The position numbers were made by a program, and so were the translations under genes. This document shows, one piece after another, positions 10,491 through 24,923 of a DNA stretch of 64,000 nt. The notes under the pieces were generated by a model. That model had not been told where the DNA came from, did no database searches, and was given only the letters and a program-made list of their open reading frames with translations. Location: NCBI GenBank assembly GCA_964016885.1, contig OZ024740.1:58218001-58282000 (forward strand). Reading direction: 5' to 3'. Source of the stretch: Eledone cirrhosa. Taxonomy: Eukaryota. Numbering within the stretch: the first letter of the stretch is position 1; each line of letters starts with the position of its first letter.

Positions 10491-13050
10491 ATTTCTTTAT
10501 TTACCATAAAGGCATAAAAAGAAGGGACAAATACAAAGGGGGAGTTTACATAAAACCGAGTAAAAAGGGTATAAAATGAAAATAAACAACAACCTCAAAA
10601 GGGAGGGGGCGTGATGGGGTTGTACACACCCCCGAAAAAGTGTGCAATCCTTTGCCCGGGGAGCACATGGAGAAGGTGCTCCCCTCTTCTTCACTTCTTT
10701 ACCTACAGGATGGTATAGAGAGAAGGCCCATTTACACGAGCCATTCTCGCCACTATCACCCACCTTTCATAAAACTGCCTGTGGCCAAGCACCTCTCTCT
10801 CCATTCTTATCCTTCTTCCGAAGTGATATCGGAAGAAGTAGACCAGACTATGGCCAGAGAGGAAGTTGCCTGACCTCAGAGCTTTCAATCGTGTCCACCA
10901 AACAACCTCTTTCAACATGGCTATTATGCACAGAAAAACCGCCTTTGCTTCCTTTGTGAAGAGAGGAGGCGGCTTGATTGTTATCACGGACTCAGCGGTC
11001 AATCAAATCGGCGCCACCCGTGACAGCAGTCGTTCGGCGTAGCCCCACAGATCAGCCACGCCCGGACAGTGCACCAATGCATGCGCAACGGTTTCTTCGT
11101 GACGCACGCATCTAGGGCAAATCTTTTTCGAGGGATCCCTGCCCGGGCGCCCGTGTCTGTTGAGCTTTTATCGAACGGGTAGAGCCCCCCCGTAGCACTG
11201 CCAGGCCAGTGACTTCTGGAAGTTGTCCATTGGTCCTGGGCCGAAAGTCCTACCGAACAGGCTGGCCAGTTCGTCCTTTTCCATGTCCAGCGACTCTCCA
11301 AGGGTGTCATCGCCCCTGCTAGCCACCAGCCCTCTATAGAATGACGAGGTGGATTCTCCACCGATGGCCTGGTCCGCTTGCCAGAGAGCCCTGAGCGCCT
11401 GGGCACACTCAGTGTGCCAGGCGCTCAGTTTTCCGGATCTTTGCTTGATCCAGGACTGCAGCTCGGTGAGGAGACGAGTCTCGGAAAGGCTTGTCTCATG
11501 AACGGAGCCACACCGGTTGACCAGTTAGCAATACCTGTAGGTGCCGTAGCCTTAATGCATGCCTACGCATCATCAACCACGGCATCCCCAGCCCTCCTTT
11601 CGAAGGTTGTTGGCAGCAGATGGGTCTTCTCACCATAGGAGGGCGCTTTTTCCAAAGAAATTGAAAGAGCATGCGTTCCATGGTGGTGAGTGTTTCCTTA
11701 GGGCAAGGCACGACAGTCAGGCGGGTAGTAGGTGACGGACGCTATGTAAATGTTTGCCACCTCCGCCCGACCTTTCAGGGACAGCTTACACTTGGCCCAT
11801 TTCTGGGTAAGTGCAAACACCTTGCTCGTAACCTCACCCCAGTTCTTTTCCACCTGGAGGTCCGGTCCAAACCAGACCCCAAGCAACTTCACCGGGCCCT
11901 CCATCTAGTGTCCGACGACACCATCGGGAGGCATCGGTCTGCCTCTCCACGTTCCAAGTTGCAGCCCGATGAATTTTTACCGGTTCAGTTTCGCTCCTGA
12001 CAACCTTTCGTATTCCTCCAGTAAGGTACCGATCGCCTCGATCTCCGAGTCGGTTGATACCATTACTGTTACGTCATCGGCGTAGGCCGACACCGCTTTG
12101 CTCAATCCTAGTTCCAGGGGGATACCCTGCAACAACTCCAACTTCCTCAGTAAAGGCTCGAGAGTCAATACGTACAGAAGGGAGGAGAGAGGGCACCCCT
12201 GTCGAATGGATCGTGTGATTTTGAACGGCTTCGAAAGGTAGCCGTTCACCTTGATCCTAGAACAGATGTGGTTGCTATGTAAGGCAGTGATCCAGCCTCT
12301 GAAAATAGGACCGAACCCAGCCGCCGCTAGCACCGCATCCAGGTAACCATGGTCGACCCTATCGAACGCCTTAGACTGATCCAAGTTGATCGGGGCCCCA
12401 CCGAAGCCGGGTTTGTTGCCAACCCTCTCTATGATGTATCGCATGAGGTGGAGGTTGTCGTGAATGGACCTGGATGGGATAGCACATGTCTGCGCATCTC
12501 CCACCAGGCTACACACGACAAGCGCCAACCTCTTCGCTAACACCTTGGCCAAAATCTTTAACTCTGTGTTTAGCAGGGTTATGGGCCGAAAATTATTTAT
12601 ATTATCCCCCTTGTTCTCGTCCTTCCTCACCAGCGAGACTACGCCCTTGGCTACAGAACAAGGAATTCTCCCGTTCTACTGCCAATTGCAGTAGACTGCT
12701 TCGAGGAGTTCGGAGAAGAAGACCGGCATTGCTAAATAAAGTTTGTAAGGTATACCATCGAGACCTGGAGATTTGCGTCTGCTGCATTGGCTCAGCGCAT
12801 CCCCGATCTCATCAGCCGAGATTGGTCCCTCGCAGGACTCTGCCTCTTCGCTCGAGAGACGCGGCAGGCCGTTGAGGTATGGACCGAAATCCATGTCCTC
12901 TCCCGGACCCTCGCCTCCCCCGAACAATCGGGCAAAGTGCCTTTGAAAGGCCTCGCACATCTGCTTAGGCTCCTGGATCATCCGTCCATCCTCGTTTTGC
13001 AAAGACCGGATGGTGGATCGATTTCCACTCTTAGCTTTCTGTCTGCGTAA
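10491..13050 (-). mobile_element. L1/Tx1-clade LINE, 5'-truncated, frameshifted ORF2
   Basis: KSPGLDGIP (12676-13002), NFRPITLLNTELKILAKVLAKRL, LDQSKAFDRVDH, RQGCPLS, AYADD (11977-12630), VKLLGVWF, GGLGMP. The 3' end sits beside GA/GAT/GATA microsatellites. Confidence 0.9.
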
Positions 13051-13948
13051 CTGTTGAGGAGAAGTGATGCTGAAAGCATCACTCTCACCAAAAGTTACAT
13101 ACTGTTTTGCATCACTTAATATTTCCCTAGCATTGGAAATGTCAAGGTATGTGAACAGTTCCGTCTTTTGGACGGTTTGAGCAAAGGAATAGTTAATCAG
13201 CTATTAACTAAACTGTTTTTCCTAATATGGTGTATTATGATGTGTATTAAAGTTAAATACTAATTATGTGTGTATATGTTAGTGTGTGTATGCCTTTATG
13301 CATATCTTGGTGTGAATTTCTCTAAGGTGTTTGTGAGTTTGTGATATTACTGTGGAATTGGTTATTAATTATAATGCCATAGTCAATGTTTGTATGGGAT
13401 ACATACTATATGTGTGCATTTGTATGTAACATATGTATCCTGGTGTGGTGTCTAAGCTGGTTGTAGGTTTGTGATAATGTTGGTCCATGTGCGTTCATAT
13501 GTTGGCATTTTCTGAACACCTCAGTCTTACTCTTCAAATAATTGGTGGATGACTTTACGCTCTGTACTGTAATATCCTGTATTTCTCACTAATACAAAGA
13601 AAACAACTTTTTTTTCTTTGATATAAGGCTTAGTCTTTTCCAGGATGCTCCATTTTACCTTGTGTGGCATGTTCATATATTTAACCCATGTTAGCATGGA
13701 AGATAGACATTAATTGATGATGATGATTACATAACTGACTGAACTTAGATACTTTCACTTTACTTTAGCTTATTTAATTGGAATATATTTTCACATTCTT
13801 CTCTACAAGTTTTTTACTCATAACTAGAAATGTTTTCTCATCAACTTTTTTTTATATAAAATATCTAAATTCTCTTATCAAACCATTTCACAATTTAATC
13901 CTATATGTTTGTTCAAAGTTAAAAAAAAACATGTTTTACATATACACT

Positions 13949-14270
13949 AATGTCTGCTTTTCCCTACTTGCAAGGGTGGGATGGGAACTGATTCTGGCTT
14001 GATTTCTACAGCTGGATGCCCTTCCTAACACCAACCTCATTTACAGTGAGTGCTGGGTGCTTTTTTGCCGTGACACCTCCACGACCACTTTGCAGTGGAA
14101 TGATATGAACTCCAGTCCCTATCATCTCATTTCTACAGCTGAGTAAACTGGAGCAATGTGAAATAAAGTGTCTTGCTCAAGGAAACAACACATCACCCGG
14201 TCTGAGAATTGAACTCACAACCTTTCGATTGCAAGGCCAATGCTCTAACCACTAAGCCATGTGCCTCCAC
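13949..14270 (-). mobile_element. tRNA-derived CORE-like SINE with RTE-derived tail
   Basis: A box tggcttagtgg, B box gagttcaattc, core ccttgagcaagacacttt...actcagctgtagaaatgag, tail shared with the RTE 3' UTR. Confidence 0.9.
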
Positions 14271-16235
14271 TATATATTTTACATTTTAACTAGTTTATTT
14301 ATCATCAACTATTAAAGAAATTATATTATTTTGATTTAAATACATATTTGGTATTAATTCTAGAAAATTAGTTCATATATATGGAGTATTGTAACAACAT
14401 TATGTTGTGTGTATCTGGTTTAGAATAGATACACTGTAACTCTTCAGTGCTGACTAAAAGGGTTGGCCCTTGGAAGAGCAGCTAACCATAAAACATTGCT
14501 TTAAGACGGATCCCATAATGAACATGAAGTCTTTTATGGGTCCCTCAAGGCTACCCCCTGCCTTAGCTGAGAACAATGGTCTGAAAGCGCTTGCTACATT
14601 TAATAACGGTATACGTCATAGAAAATAAACCAATAACATAGAAATGCTCTCAGCACGAAAAATACAAGTTAGGTTAGTGTTAATTTAAATGATCTGAAAG
14701 AAATAACTAACATAAGCTAATGGCATTTCTCAGTTAATTGAAATTTACCTTTTTGTTGCACAAAAAACTTCCAAGGTGATAACTACAGACATGTTTCCAT
14801 CTTCGCTCATCAGAGAAGCATAACCAACTTGAGACGACTTGATCAATTAATGAAGGCTTTTACATATAGATGAAGAGTTATGAAGAGTTTGGGTCAGTAG
14901 GAATTTACATAGAAAATATAATTGGTTAAGAGAAATCTCAAGTGAGCCAATGGAATAAATTCAGTTAAGGAATGAAGCATGTAAATATTCTCAATTAATT
15001 GAAATTTGCCTCTAAACCAAGAAAAGAAAACAAAAACCCAGCAGTCATTAGTAGTGAATCTTCTAGAAAAGAAGAATTGATTTTACAATATATTAATTTA
15101 CACAAATGTGTTAGCACAGAATAAATTTAACCCTAAGCATGTAAATTCTTATTTGTGAAATCAATTCTTTTATGTTTTGAAACTCTGTTACCTTGTTTTG
15201 ATTAAAACCATACAGAAAATATGTGTTGAAATGTCATTGGCAAGGTATTTTCATACTGTAAACTTACTGACTACAAAGAAGACATTTTGGATTATTTATG
15301 TTACTTTCAAATGTTTTGGATGCTTGAAGTTTAACTTCCATAAATTTAGTCATATATTTTAATAGAGATTAAACTCTTTTTAATTTTGAAATAAAAATGA
15401 CATATTTTTTGTTATTAGTATGTAAAGTAATCGAAATATCAGTTCCTTCCTTGTTATGAGCTACAAGCATGTTATATATGACATGTGTATTTTATATCAT
15501 GCATTTGTGAATAATAGTGTCATTATTTATAAGGTGTTAATAAGCTGATCACTGGTTAAGTCTATGCAATTATATTAATTGACTGAATTAACCTCACTAC
15601 TGGTGTCTTAAGACTTTACTTTCTTGGCATGACTACAACACAAATGAGAAGGGTATGGAAGGGTCCGGTAATTGAGATACCATCACTGTACAACAGTGGG
15701 AGATGCTTAATCATGCCTACGAAGAGACCAGTTAGGGCTTCACTAGATTGGAAGTAAGTAGGAAGCAAGGTAGTCCTGTAAAACCTGGTTGAAATCTGTA
15801 AAGAGAGACCTAGCAGAAATAGGCCTGGCCTGGAAGCATGTCCATGACAGGATTTGTGTCCATGCGAAATGGTCATTTCTCATTGTCCAAAACTCCATAG
15901 GGAGCCAAAGGGACTAAAGAATGAGAAATAGACAGATACCACACTATTTATACAGCAAGCTTAGAACCAGAAGTGGTTCAGATTTGCTGGATTTCTGGAT
16001 ACAGGCTAAATATGTACTTAAAATCTTAAAATAACAAAACAAACAATGAAAAATAAAATAACTGTATTTATCAGATCCAAATTAATTCATTTCAAAGCCG
16101 AGTCGATTTGATTTTTATTAATAAATTTAATATTGTTAAAATATTTGCATGAAATACCTATATCTAAATACCTATAATATATAGGATGAAAATTAAACGA
16201 AAAAGTAAAGAACCTAATTTTATTTATCAGATGAT

Positions 16236-18462
16236 TATCATCGTTTAATGTCTATCTTCCATGCTAGCATGGGTTTAGATGAGAATTGTGCCACTTGAGG
16301 CAAGATTGGTTGGGTGACCGTGTCTCGCTCGTATAGGAATGTCTGACAGGTTTTCCATGGCTGGATGCCCTTCCTAACACCAACCACATTTACAGCGTGG
16401 ACTGGGAGGTTTTTACCGTGTTACCTACATGGTCACATTAAAGCGTGGACTGTGTGTTTTTTTGTTGTGACACCTACACAATCTCATTAGTTTGGACTGG
16501 ATGTTGTGGTACCAACTTTACAGAGAAAGGGTGGTGTTGGTGGGAGAGGATGTAGTGGATTGGGTGTATATTTGGTTAAGAGGTGCCTACTGACTGTAGG
16601 TTTCGCTTTGTACATAGGCAAGGCAGGTCTTCTGTATTACTGCGTAGCGCCAAAGATCTTGGTCCAGTGACATTGTCTTAGAGAGGTGCAAGTGTGTAAG
16701 GTCGGAATTTATCAAATCGTCCCAGGTTTTTCTGGGTCTACCTACTCCGTAACTTCCATCAATTTTGATCGCCCTGCACTTTTTTATATAGCTGTCGTCT
16801 TTCATGCGCATCATGTGACCATACCAACGTAGTCTTCTCTCAAGTAAACAGCATCTGATCCCTCTTATTCCTAATTTCTCACTTAGTTCATTTATGTTTT
16901 GCTGTTCGCGCATATTCCTATTACACATCCAACGGAGCATGCATGCTTTGTTCCTCTCCAGGCTGCGCAGGTCCTCTGAACACAATGCCCATGTCTCACT
17001 GCCATATAGCATTGTTGTTCGTATACAGGCATCATACAATCAGCCTTTCATTTTTAGAGAGAAACCTTTAGCGGCCAATGGTGGTATAAGCTCTCTGAAC
17101 TTTTTCCATCCCGTTCTGACTCTAGCTACTGTACTTTCAGAACACCCTCCACCATTGCTGATTTTGTCACCCAGGTAACGGAAAGTGTCCACTATTTCTA
17201 TAGAACCATCTGGGCAATAGAAGGAGCTAGTATCCTGTGGGCACTTTCTACTTATTGCTCCTGAGTATCGGCCACATATAAAATCTACTTTCTTAGATAG
17301 TTTACCTGTGATCCCACTACATCTTTTATGTACCCATAGTCGTCATTTGGGACATCAAATGGAATTTCTGCCTACTTCTTTCCTACACACTCAGCATGGC
17401 CATTTCCCAGAGGGGACCAGTGCCCTATTTTCCTTTCTACATACTAGAACTTTAGTCTTAGAGAAGTTAACTTTAAGGCCTTTTGATTTTAGGTCATGCT
17501 TCCATGTTTGGAATTTCTTCTCTAGTTCAGCCATTGATTCAGCTATGAGAGTTTGATCATCTGCATATAGAAGTTCCAATGGGCAGCCGGTCTTGAACTC
17601 CTCTGTTATAGCCTGAAGGGCAATAATAAATAGGAGGGGGCTAAGGACAGAGCCTTGATGAACACCAACTTTTACGCTAAATTCTTCACTATATTCCTTG
17701 TTAATTCTAAACTTACTGACTGTTTCTTTATACATGGTTTGTATAGCTCTCACAAGCCATTCATCAACACCTAGTTTTCTAAGAGCCCACCAGATAATGG
17801 TGTGAGGGACTCTGTCAAAGGCTTTCTCCAAGTCAACAAAAGCTAATCAGAGGTGTTTACTTTTAGCTAGGTACTTCTCCTGTAGTTGTTGTACAAGGAA
17901 AACTGTGCCTGTGGTACTTTTACCTGACACAAGCCCAAACTGCATTTCATCTAGATCGATTTGATCTCTAATTAGTTGTGCTATAACTCTTTCTGTGACC
18001 TTCATGACCTGGTCAACTAACTTAATGCCTCTATGGTTTCCCCTATCTAGAGCATCTCCTTTACCCTTGTAGCAGTTAAGGATGATGCGGCTATGCCAAT
18101 CATTTGGTATGACCTCATTCTGTATGACTTGGTTTACTATCCGGGTGACCATAGTATGTGCCACCATTCCAGATGCTTTCAACATCAACTATCTCTGAAG
18201 GCCCAGCTGCCTTGCCTGTCTTCATATCTTTGATTGCCTTACTTATTATACTACCTTTAACTAGCACTGCTGGTCCTTCTATTGGATCGATTTGGGGCAG
18301 ACTATCCTTTTCCCATTTATTCTCCTCATTTAGTAGTCTCTCGTAGTGACACTTCCAAGCTACCTTCTTATCAGTATCAGTGAGGACAAGTACAACATTA
18401 TCATTACGGACACACTTCTCCCCTACAATATCACGGTTTTCCTTGACACATTTTCTTGCGGT
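16236..18462 (-). mobile_element. RTE LINE, older disrupted copy of the PHD-bearing family
   Basis: ORFs 18115-18492, 17847-18188, 17391-17831 and 16587-17039 are collinear with 57983-59893 ([32 protein letters not shown]). Confidence 0.93.
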
Positions 18463-19829
18463 ACAAATTAATACACAATGTGAGTGAGACATATGTCATG
18501 GAAAAAAACTCCCCAAAAAACAAAAGTGTTATGTAGTGCTCCAACTTTAATTGCCAGTTTTTAAAATGGCTGGATTTCTTGAGTTTTCAGATTTCTGGAA
18601 GCTGGATAAATGTTTTGGTACCTGTATATGATTGATGCACCTGGCTGATATGAGTCCGTAATGGATCCTCTACATGGTTGTTTCATATGTTAGAATTATC
18701 AGTCAGATCTCCATAAAATCACACCCTATTAACTTTAAAATAGATGAGATACACTAGACAATATTAATCAAGAAATAAAAAAAAGATGGGCCAGTCATGA
18801 GCAGAATGGCTTTGATCATAGGTCTGCTTTATCACAGTGTACCTGGTGTTTATAACAACTTATGCATATTTTATTGACAAGCTCTAAAAAGCAGATTTAA
18901 TCTGAGAATATAGAAGGATGAGATTAAATGCTTTTTAAGTCTAGACTATGTTTTGCTGATATGTTCTAATAAGTCCAAAACATGCCCAGAGTTGTCATTG
19001 TATTGCTAAAGATCCTATTGCATTCTGTATTTAATAAATTTGAATTATTCCCTGCTGTTTTGGACCAGAATTAGTAATTTAGGCAATAACATGTTCCCAT
19101 TACTAATGATATTAGTTTAATTAAAAATTCTCAGCTTGCCACTTCAAATATGTTCTTGGCCATTTTACTAATTGGTATGCTTTTGTTTTTCAATTTGACC
19201 ATACTAAAAATATCTATAATATTAAAAAAGGTAAACTAATGTAAAAAATGTTAAAGTTATATAAATTTTTGAACTTCAATATAATTTCAATAATTATTCT
19301 TATAAGACGTTTTCCTTAATTAATATTTTCAACTACAATTTATTTACTAATTTTACTTCTAAAATAAAGAAATTTATGTAATATTTTTAATTGAATATTG
19401 AACATATTTTTGTTTTAATTATCTGAATTCAAATGATACCAAGTCAATTTTGTCTGACACACTCTAATCAATGTTCTCTGATCTCTCATTGCTTTTTAGA
19501 TCTTATTCAACCACTTCTAATCTTTCAACCTCCTTGATCAAAATACTTTGATTTATTTGTTTCTCTTCAGATCATTGCCAATTCTATGTCATCTCTCTTA
19601 AGCTGCCCAGCAAATTGTATACATAGGTCTTATTCACTTAAATGCTTTGTCTTATCTTGTTAGCTGTTCAAAATAACAATATGAACCACTCACTCAAGAT
19701 ACACTATTACTTCACCAAACTTTGAGAACATCATTTCTTCCATCAAAATATTCACACTCATTATAGAAGAGGGAGTAAATGTCAATTCTGTAATATGTAT
19801 TTGGAATGAAGGAATTCAAATGCTAAAAC

Positions 19830-20096
19830 TGGTGATAGGAAGAGCAACCAGCTGTAGTACGCTTGCCATACAAAGGGTTGGGAGGACCCTTCAGTTTTTT
19901 CAAAGATATAATAACCTCTCTAGTGCTGGTGCCATGATAACATGTACTCAGTAGAACATGGGACCGTATGTAAACAAGATGTGGGTCCCTGGCCTGTCTG
20001 GGGGATAAATATTCACACTTCAGTACTGACTTGGTCTGTGAAGATTCATCTAACCCTTGCTAGCAGGGAAGGAGTACATTAAATGAGGATGATGAT
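19830..20096 (+). repeat. Degenerate repeat carrying the RTE-like 3' tail module
   Basis: ggtgataggaagagcaaccagctgtag...acctctctagtgctggtgcca...taacccttgctagcagggaa...(gat)n, similar to 38455-39020. Confidence 0.55.
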
Positions 20097-20639
20097 AATT
20101 TTATGATTGGCCATTAATTAATTTTTGTATGTATAGTCATAGTCATATATTCATATAACCTTTTGTTTTAACCTCAAATAAAGCTTCAATTGGGATCATT
20201 TAAAAAAAATGTAATTCTACATTACAGTTTAATTTGATATTATACTTTTTTTTATTCACCTGCTTCTAAGCTTTATTTAAAAATACATTCTTCTAGAAGC
20301 ATATATTTCATTCATATTTCCCACAGAGAAAATATTGGTGAGTTAATTACACTTCATCTGCATGATGTGTAATTAAATGAATATATAAATTGCCTGAGGC
20401 TAATGTTACGACTTATTTGATAATTAGCATTTAACTTTAGAAGCTTAATCAGAGATTTCAAACGACTTAATCGATCATTATAATATTTATGATATATGCC
20501 TTCAAAACTAGGATTTATTATTTCCTGAAATCAGGGACTGATTTATGTGAGGCTCAGTTGGATCTTCACAGACTGAGTCAGTACTGAAATGTGAATACTT
20601 ATCCCCCAGGCAGGCCAGGGATCCAGATCTCACATATGG

Positions 20640-22660
20640 TCCCATATTCTACAGAGTGCACAGCTGACCAAAGGTTCACACTGTGGCAGGTCTTTGAGAA
20701 ATTGTGGGAATTTTGCCAAGAGGTGTATGCTTGTTTCATAGACCTTGAAAATGCATATGACCTCGTTCCACAGGCCATGTTGTGGACGATTGATAGACAG
20801 CAGGATGTTTCACTTTGCCAATCACCCATGTTTAAGTTGATGAAATAATGGAGTATGCTGAATTATATGTCAATCGACTATATAGAGGTTGCACACTTTC
20901 ACAACTTTTTATTTATGATAGTTTTTGGACCTGGCCTGTGGTGTATTGTCCTTTCTTTTCACTTTACTGAATCCAATGAGGAAACTACATGTCAGAATAA
21001 AATGTAATGAAAATAAACTGGAGGAATATGTTCTAAAGACACAATAATATAGGAGGTAAAGAGAGAAATACTTTTTAAGAATTAAATTTATAACCGGAAA
21101 TGGCTCCCTTTGTTCTCTGGGGGACTTGTTTCCTTTGCTTCACAACAATTGTTAGAAGAAACTGTTTCTGATTTTGATCCATCATAGAATCATTAACCTT
21201 CTTTATGAGACAATACGCTGTTCAGCAATGTCATTCACAACTTTCAAAGCATCAACAAATGCCTTTCTATCATTGCCAGTGCAAAAATCCAAATTGTTTG
21301 GGATGATGTTGAGCAGATGGGAAAAGTTATTTGTTTTCTTTGTAGTGAAGCCAGTCAGTGTGCTGGATCTGAAGACAGATCCTGGCTATTCCTCCATCCC
21401 ATTGGAGGAATAGTCAGAATCTGTCTTCAGGCAGGAAATTGGAGAACTCGATTTCCTGAACCATCTTCTCACAATGACTGGTTCTTGCTCAATTAACAGT
21501 TGAGGGGAAAATTGAGAGTTCAGACACATCATGACTAAGATTCTTTGCAATTGTTATGTAAGAAGTACTTGCTTGTCATATCGATAGTTTCTCTGGTTCC
21601 CATATGGCAACATGAGTGGTGTTGAGAGTTGCCTTTATTTACAGTGATTTTTTGGCCGGTGCTGGCTTGAAGATTTGATCAACATCACTAATAGCTGAGC
21701 TGGATGGTCAACATTCAAGAGCTACTTTCTTGAATATCTTCTTGATTTCATCCTGCTTTCTTTCTTACCTTTATATCATGAATCTTCTTTTCCTTTTTCT
21801 GAATGGTTCTGCATCAACATCAGCCATCAATGAAGACTAGCGGGTGTAGGATTAGCCAGCAGGAATTTGTGGATGATATTGTACTTAACCTGTCAGATGG
21901 TGATCTCTGACATGCACTAGATAGTTTTGCTGCTGTGTGCAGCATGGCAGGAATGAAAATTAGTGCTGTGAAGACTGAAACACTTGTCATCTCAAGGAAG
22001 CTGGCATAGTGCATTCTACATGTGAGTGGAGTTCCACTGATTCAGGTGGAGAAGTTCAAGTATCTCAGGGCCATGTTCATGAGTGATGGCAGGCAGAAGT
22101 TCGAATTAAGTGCAAGAATTGCAGAAGCTGGTGCGGTAATGCTTCAACATTTTGTCATCAAAAGAAGGGAGGTAGGTGTAAGGGTCAAACTCGCTATCTT
22201 CAGTTCAGTATTCATGCCAGCCCTTACCTATGGTCAAGAAACTTTTGTAATGACCAAAAGAATGCAATCGCAAATACAAACGGCTGAAATGGGGCTCCTC
22301 TGAAGGGTCTTTGGAATAATGTTACTCGATAGAGTGTGTAGCTTGGAGATCAGAGAGTCGCTCCAGGTAGAGTTGCTACTTCTCTGAATTGAGGGATCTT
22401 AGCTCTGATATTACTGACATGTGCTTAGAATGTTGCAGAAAAGAATCGTTGAACAGATTTTATGAGCAAAACCAAATGGCAGGAGACTCAATAGTAAATC
22501 TTGAGCAAGATGGGTTGAATAACATCCATGAGCTCAGCTGGTCTCACTTTGGGATTCAGCTGGCTCAATTGAAGATGGTTGCTTCTGACAGTAGCTGCTG
22601 AAAAGCCTGCTTGAGGTCTTTGCCCTCCAAACCCTCCCAGTGGACAAAGAAGAAGAGGGG
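20640..22660 (+). mobile_element. Degenerate RTE-clade LINE (different family), split by an insertion at ~20810-21825
   Basis: DQRFTLWQVFEKLWEF..YACFIDLENAYD (20591-20848), FVDD near 21866, QVEKFKYL..SDGR..LTYGQE..QTAEMGLL (22022-22303). Confidence 0.75.
21100..21420 (-). mobile_element. DNA transposase C-terminal remnant (possibly Sola2-like)
   Basis: Manual translation with a frameshift: AFVDALKVVNDIAEQ../..NDSMMDQNQKQFLLTIVVKQRKQVP, matching a recalled LKVVNDxAERG..QKQxLLQVV transposase signature. Superfamily uncertain. Confidence 0.5.
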
Positions 22661-23084
22661 TTGTGTAAGGATTTCACTTCAATATTGAATACAAATTATA
22701 TTAAAATAGTTTCACTTTAGTGTGTTTTTTTAAATATTATAAATTAGTGTAATACAATGAGATCTTTAATTCCTAGTTTAAATTGTATTGTCATTAATAT
22801 CAATTATTTGAGCTGGACCTTTGTTGTTAAATCTACACCATTGTTGGAATATATACAAAACTTCTAATGTTTGTTACATTTATATGAAAGGGAGGTCATT
22901 AAACTGGAGATATATGAAGAAATGAAGATGAGATACCCAAAATTAAAATCAAGGTCCTTTTATTTCTTGTTGATTTCAGGATTTTCTGTTAACTTGGGTT
23001 TTCACTTCACCGTAATATACCAGCAGACTATGAACTAGGTTTCAGGCAGTTTAGTATCAAAAGGTTTAAATGGTTTAATCTTAA

Positions 23085-23425
23085 GTATGGTGTGGTATGG
23101 CCCTGTAACTTCTGATGGAGTCATAGGGATACTGTACTGGCATACATTGTTTCTTGGGATTTTAAGCCTGGCAGAGCCTAACCCTCTCCAGGCCTGAGTA
23201 TAGCATATTTCTTCCTGAGAAGGATAGAAAGGGAGAGAGAGGAAGTGAGAAAGAGATATGGAGGAAGAATTGACCCCAGTACTAGACTGGTACTTTTTTT
23301 TATCAACCTCGAAAGGATGAAAGGTAAATTTGACCTCAGCAGGATTTGAACTCAGCACAGAGCTGGATGGAATACCACAAAGCAGTCTATCCAATGTTCT
23401 AATGACTCTGCCAATTCACTGCCTT
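23085..23425 (-). mobile_element. Second SINE family (Meta-domain-like core)
   Basis: Minus strand gagttcaaatcctgctgaggtcaaatttacctttcatcctttcgaggttgataaaaaaaagtaccag. Shares its purine-rich flank with the copies at 44255 and 51045. Confidence 0.7.
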
Positions 23426-24674
23426 TTAGATGTATATAAATACTTTAAAACAAACAATTTTGTATGACAGAACCAGGGTGGTTTCAGGGGGTGCAGTATC
23501 AAAATTGTTAACCCCACTTTCAATTTCCTTTGCAAATGAGAAATGAATTTTCTTAATTAAAATTTTTTTTACTATTAGAAATATGTTATTCATAATATCC
23601 TCTAGCTCAGTAGAAAATTGCTTTAATCAGAAGCTGATATACTATCCCTTTAAGAATTATAGAACCCTCCAGCTAAATCAACTTAGTATTTGAAAAAAAG
23701 CCAAAACTCAAAAACAAAACAAAACCAAAAAAACTCACACTGGAAAAACTAGATTTGTTACAGGATGTTATCAATTTCAGAGTTCTTCCTTTTTGCCAAC
23801 TTCTATATTTTTGAAATAGCATCCCCTCTAAAGTATAAAAATATCAAAGAAAATTTCTTTGGTCTTTGGAGTGTTCTATGAGATAATTTTCAGTTATTCA
23901 GATAACAATGAACTAACCATCATCTTTTGTTGAAAGTGCTATGAGTGTTTAATTTTCATGATTAGGGTTTTAAATATAATCGTGTTGTACTCATTAAGTA
24001 CACAAGCAGCAAAATCATTTTTATGCCTGAAATATTGACATATTTGCTATTTCTAAAAAAAAATTAAAAAGAATTAGGTCACTACTAAATATTAGTTATC
24101 TCACTTTAACATATTAGCTAACTATCAACATGCTGCATATTCAGACTTAGCTGAAAACTTCAACCATTTCTAAACAATGCAGTGTGATTTTTCTTGAATT
24201 TTGATTAGTTCTGAAAATGAAACAAAGAATTTATATACATTCAGTTACAGGATATTTTTTATATACTCTTAAATTTGAGTTTATCTGAGATGTACACCAA
24301 AGAAAACTTTTAATATTAGAAAATACAAAAAACATATTCACAGTTACAGCAAGCAAATTGAATATAAAACAGCTAGACTATAACTATGAATATTTTCATA
24401 ATGTCAGATATATTTTATCACATCAAATAATCTGTATATAAATGTCTGTTTCTCTTGAAACTAAAATAAAATATGCTTATTATCAATAACTTCTTCTGCA
24501 CTGATTACTTGAATGCATCTTAGCTACATGTGATAACCATGCATATCATTAATAGTAAATAGTATTATAAAGATGATTGTTAATATAAATATGTATAATA
24601 ACCTTCAACTTTCTGGAAAAATGATGGTGTGCATATAAAGTTTTATCTCCACATAAGACAAATGACTACACACC

Positions 24675-24923
24675 TACCCTTTTGACACCAGTCTACCTGA
24701 AACCCCTTCTGGTTCTATTATATAGGGTTATGTGTTTAAAATTATTTTTATTTTTCTATAAACATTCAATCAATTTTTTTATATAAAAACCTTTGTTCTA
24801 AATACCAGTTTGATAATAGTAAAGTTAGTTATATTGATAAATCCCTTCAAATTTGTGATTATTTTCAAAATTATTAGAAAATCATAGTTTCTTTAATCAG
24901 AAACCTGGTATTGAAGGAGTTAA
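24675..24923. mobile_element. piggyBac-type MITE, family B (degenerate)
   Basis: Starts cccttttgacacca..cctgaaacc and ends ggtattgaaggagttaa; homologous to 40022-40280. Confidence 0.55.

Noticed and set aside
14781-14820. Minus-strand CTGATGA...GAAACATGTC
   Set aside because: Core words are present but helices I and II pair poorly; at most a decayed hammerhead.
19430-19745. Possible L2-type LINE remnant (similar faint signals at 25590-26090, 28030-28190 and 29000-29430)
   Set aside because: Too decayed to support a call by eye.
22980-23038. Strong acceptor tttcttgttgatttcAG
   Set aside because: All three frames hit stops, no good donor follows, and it runs into a MITE fragment.
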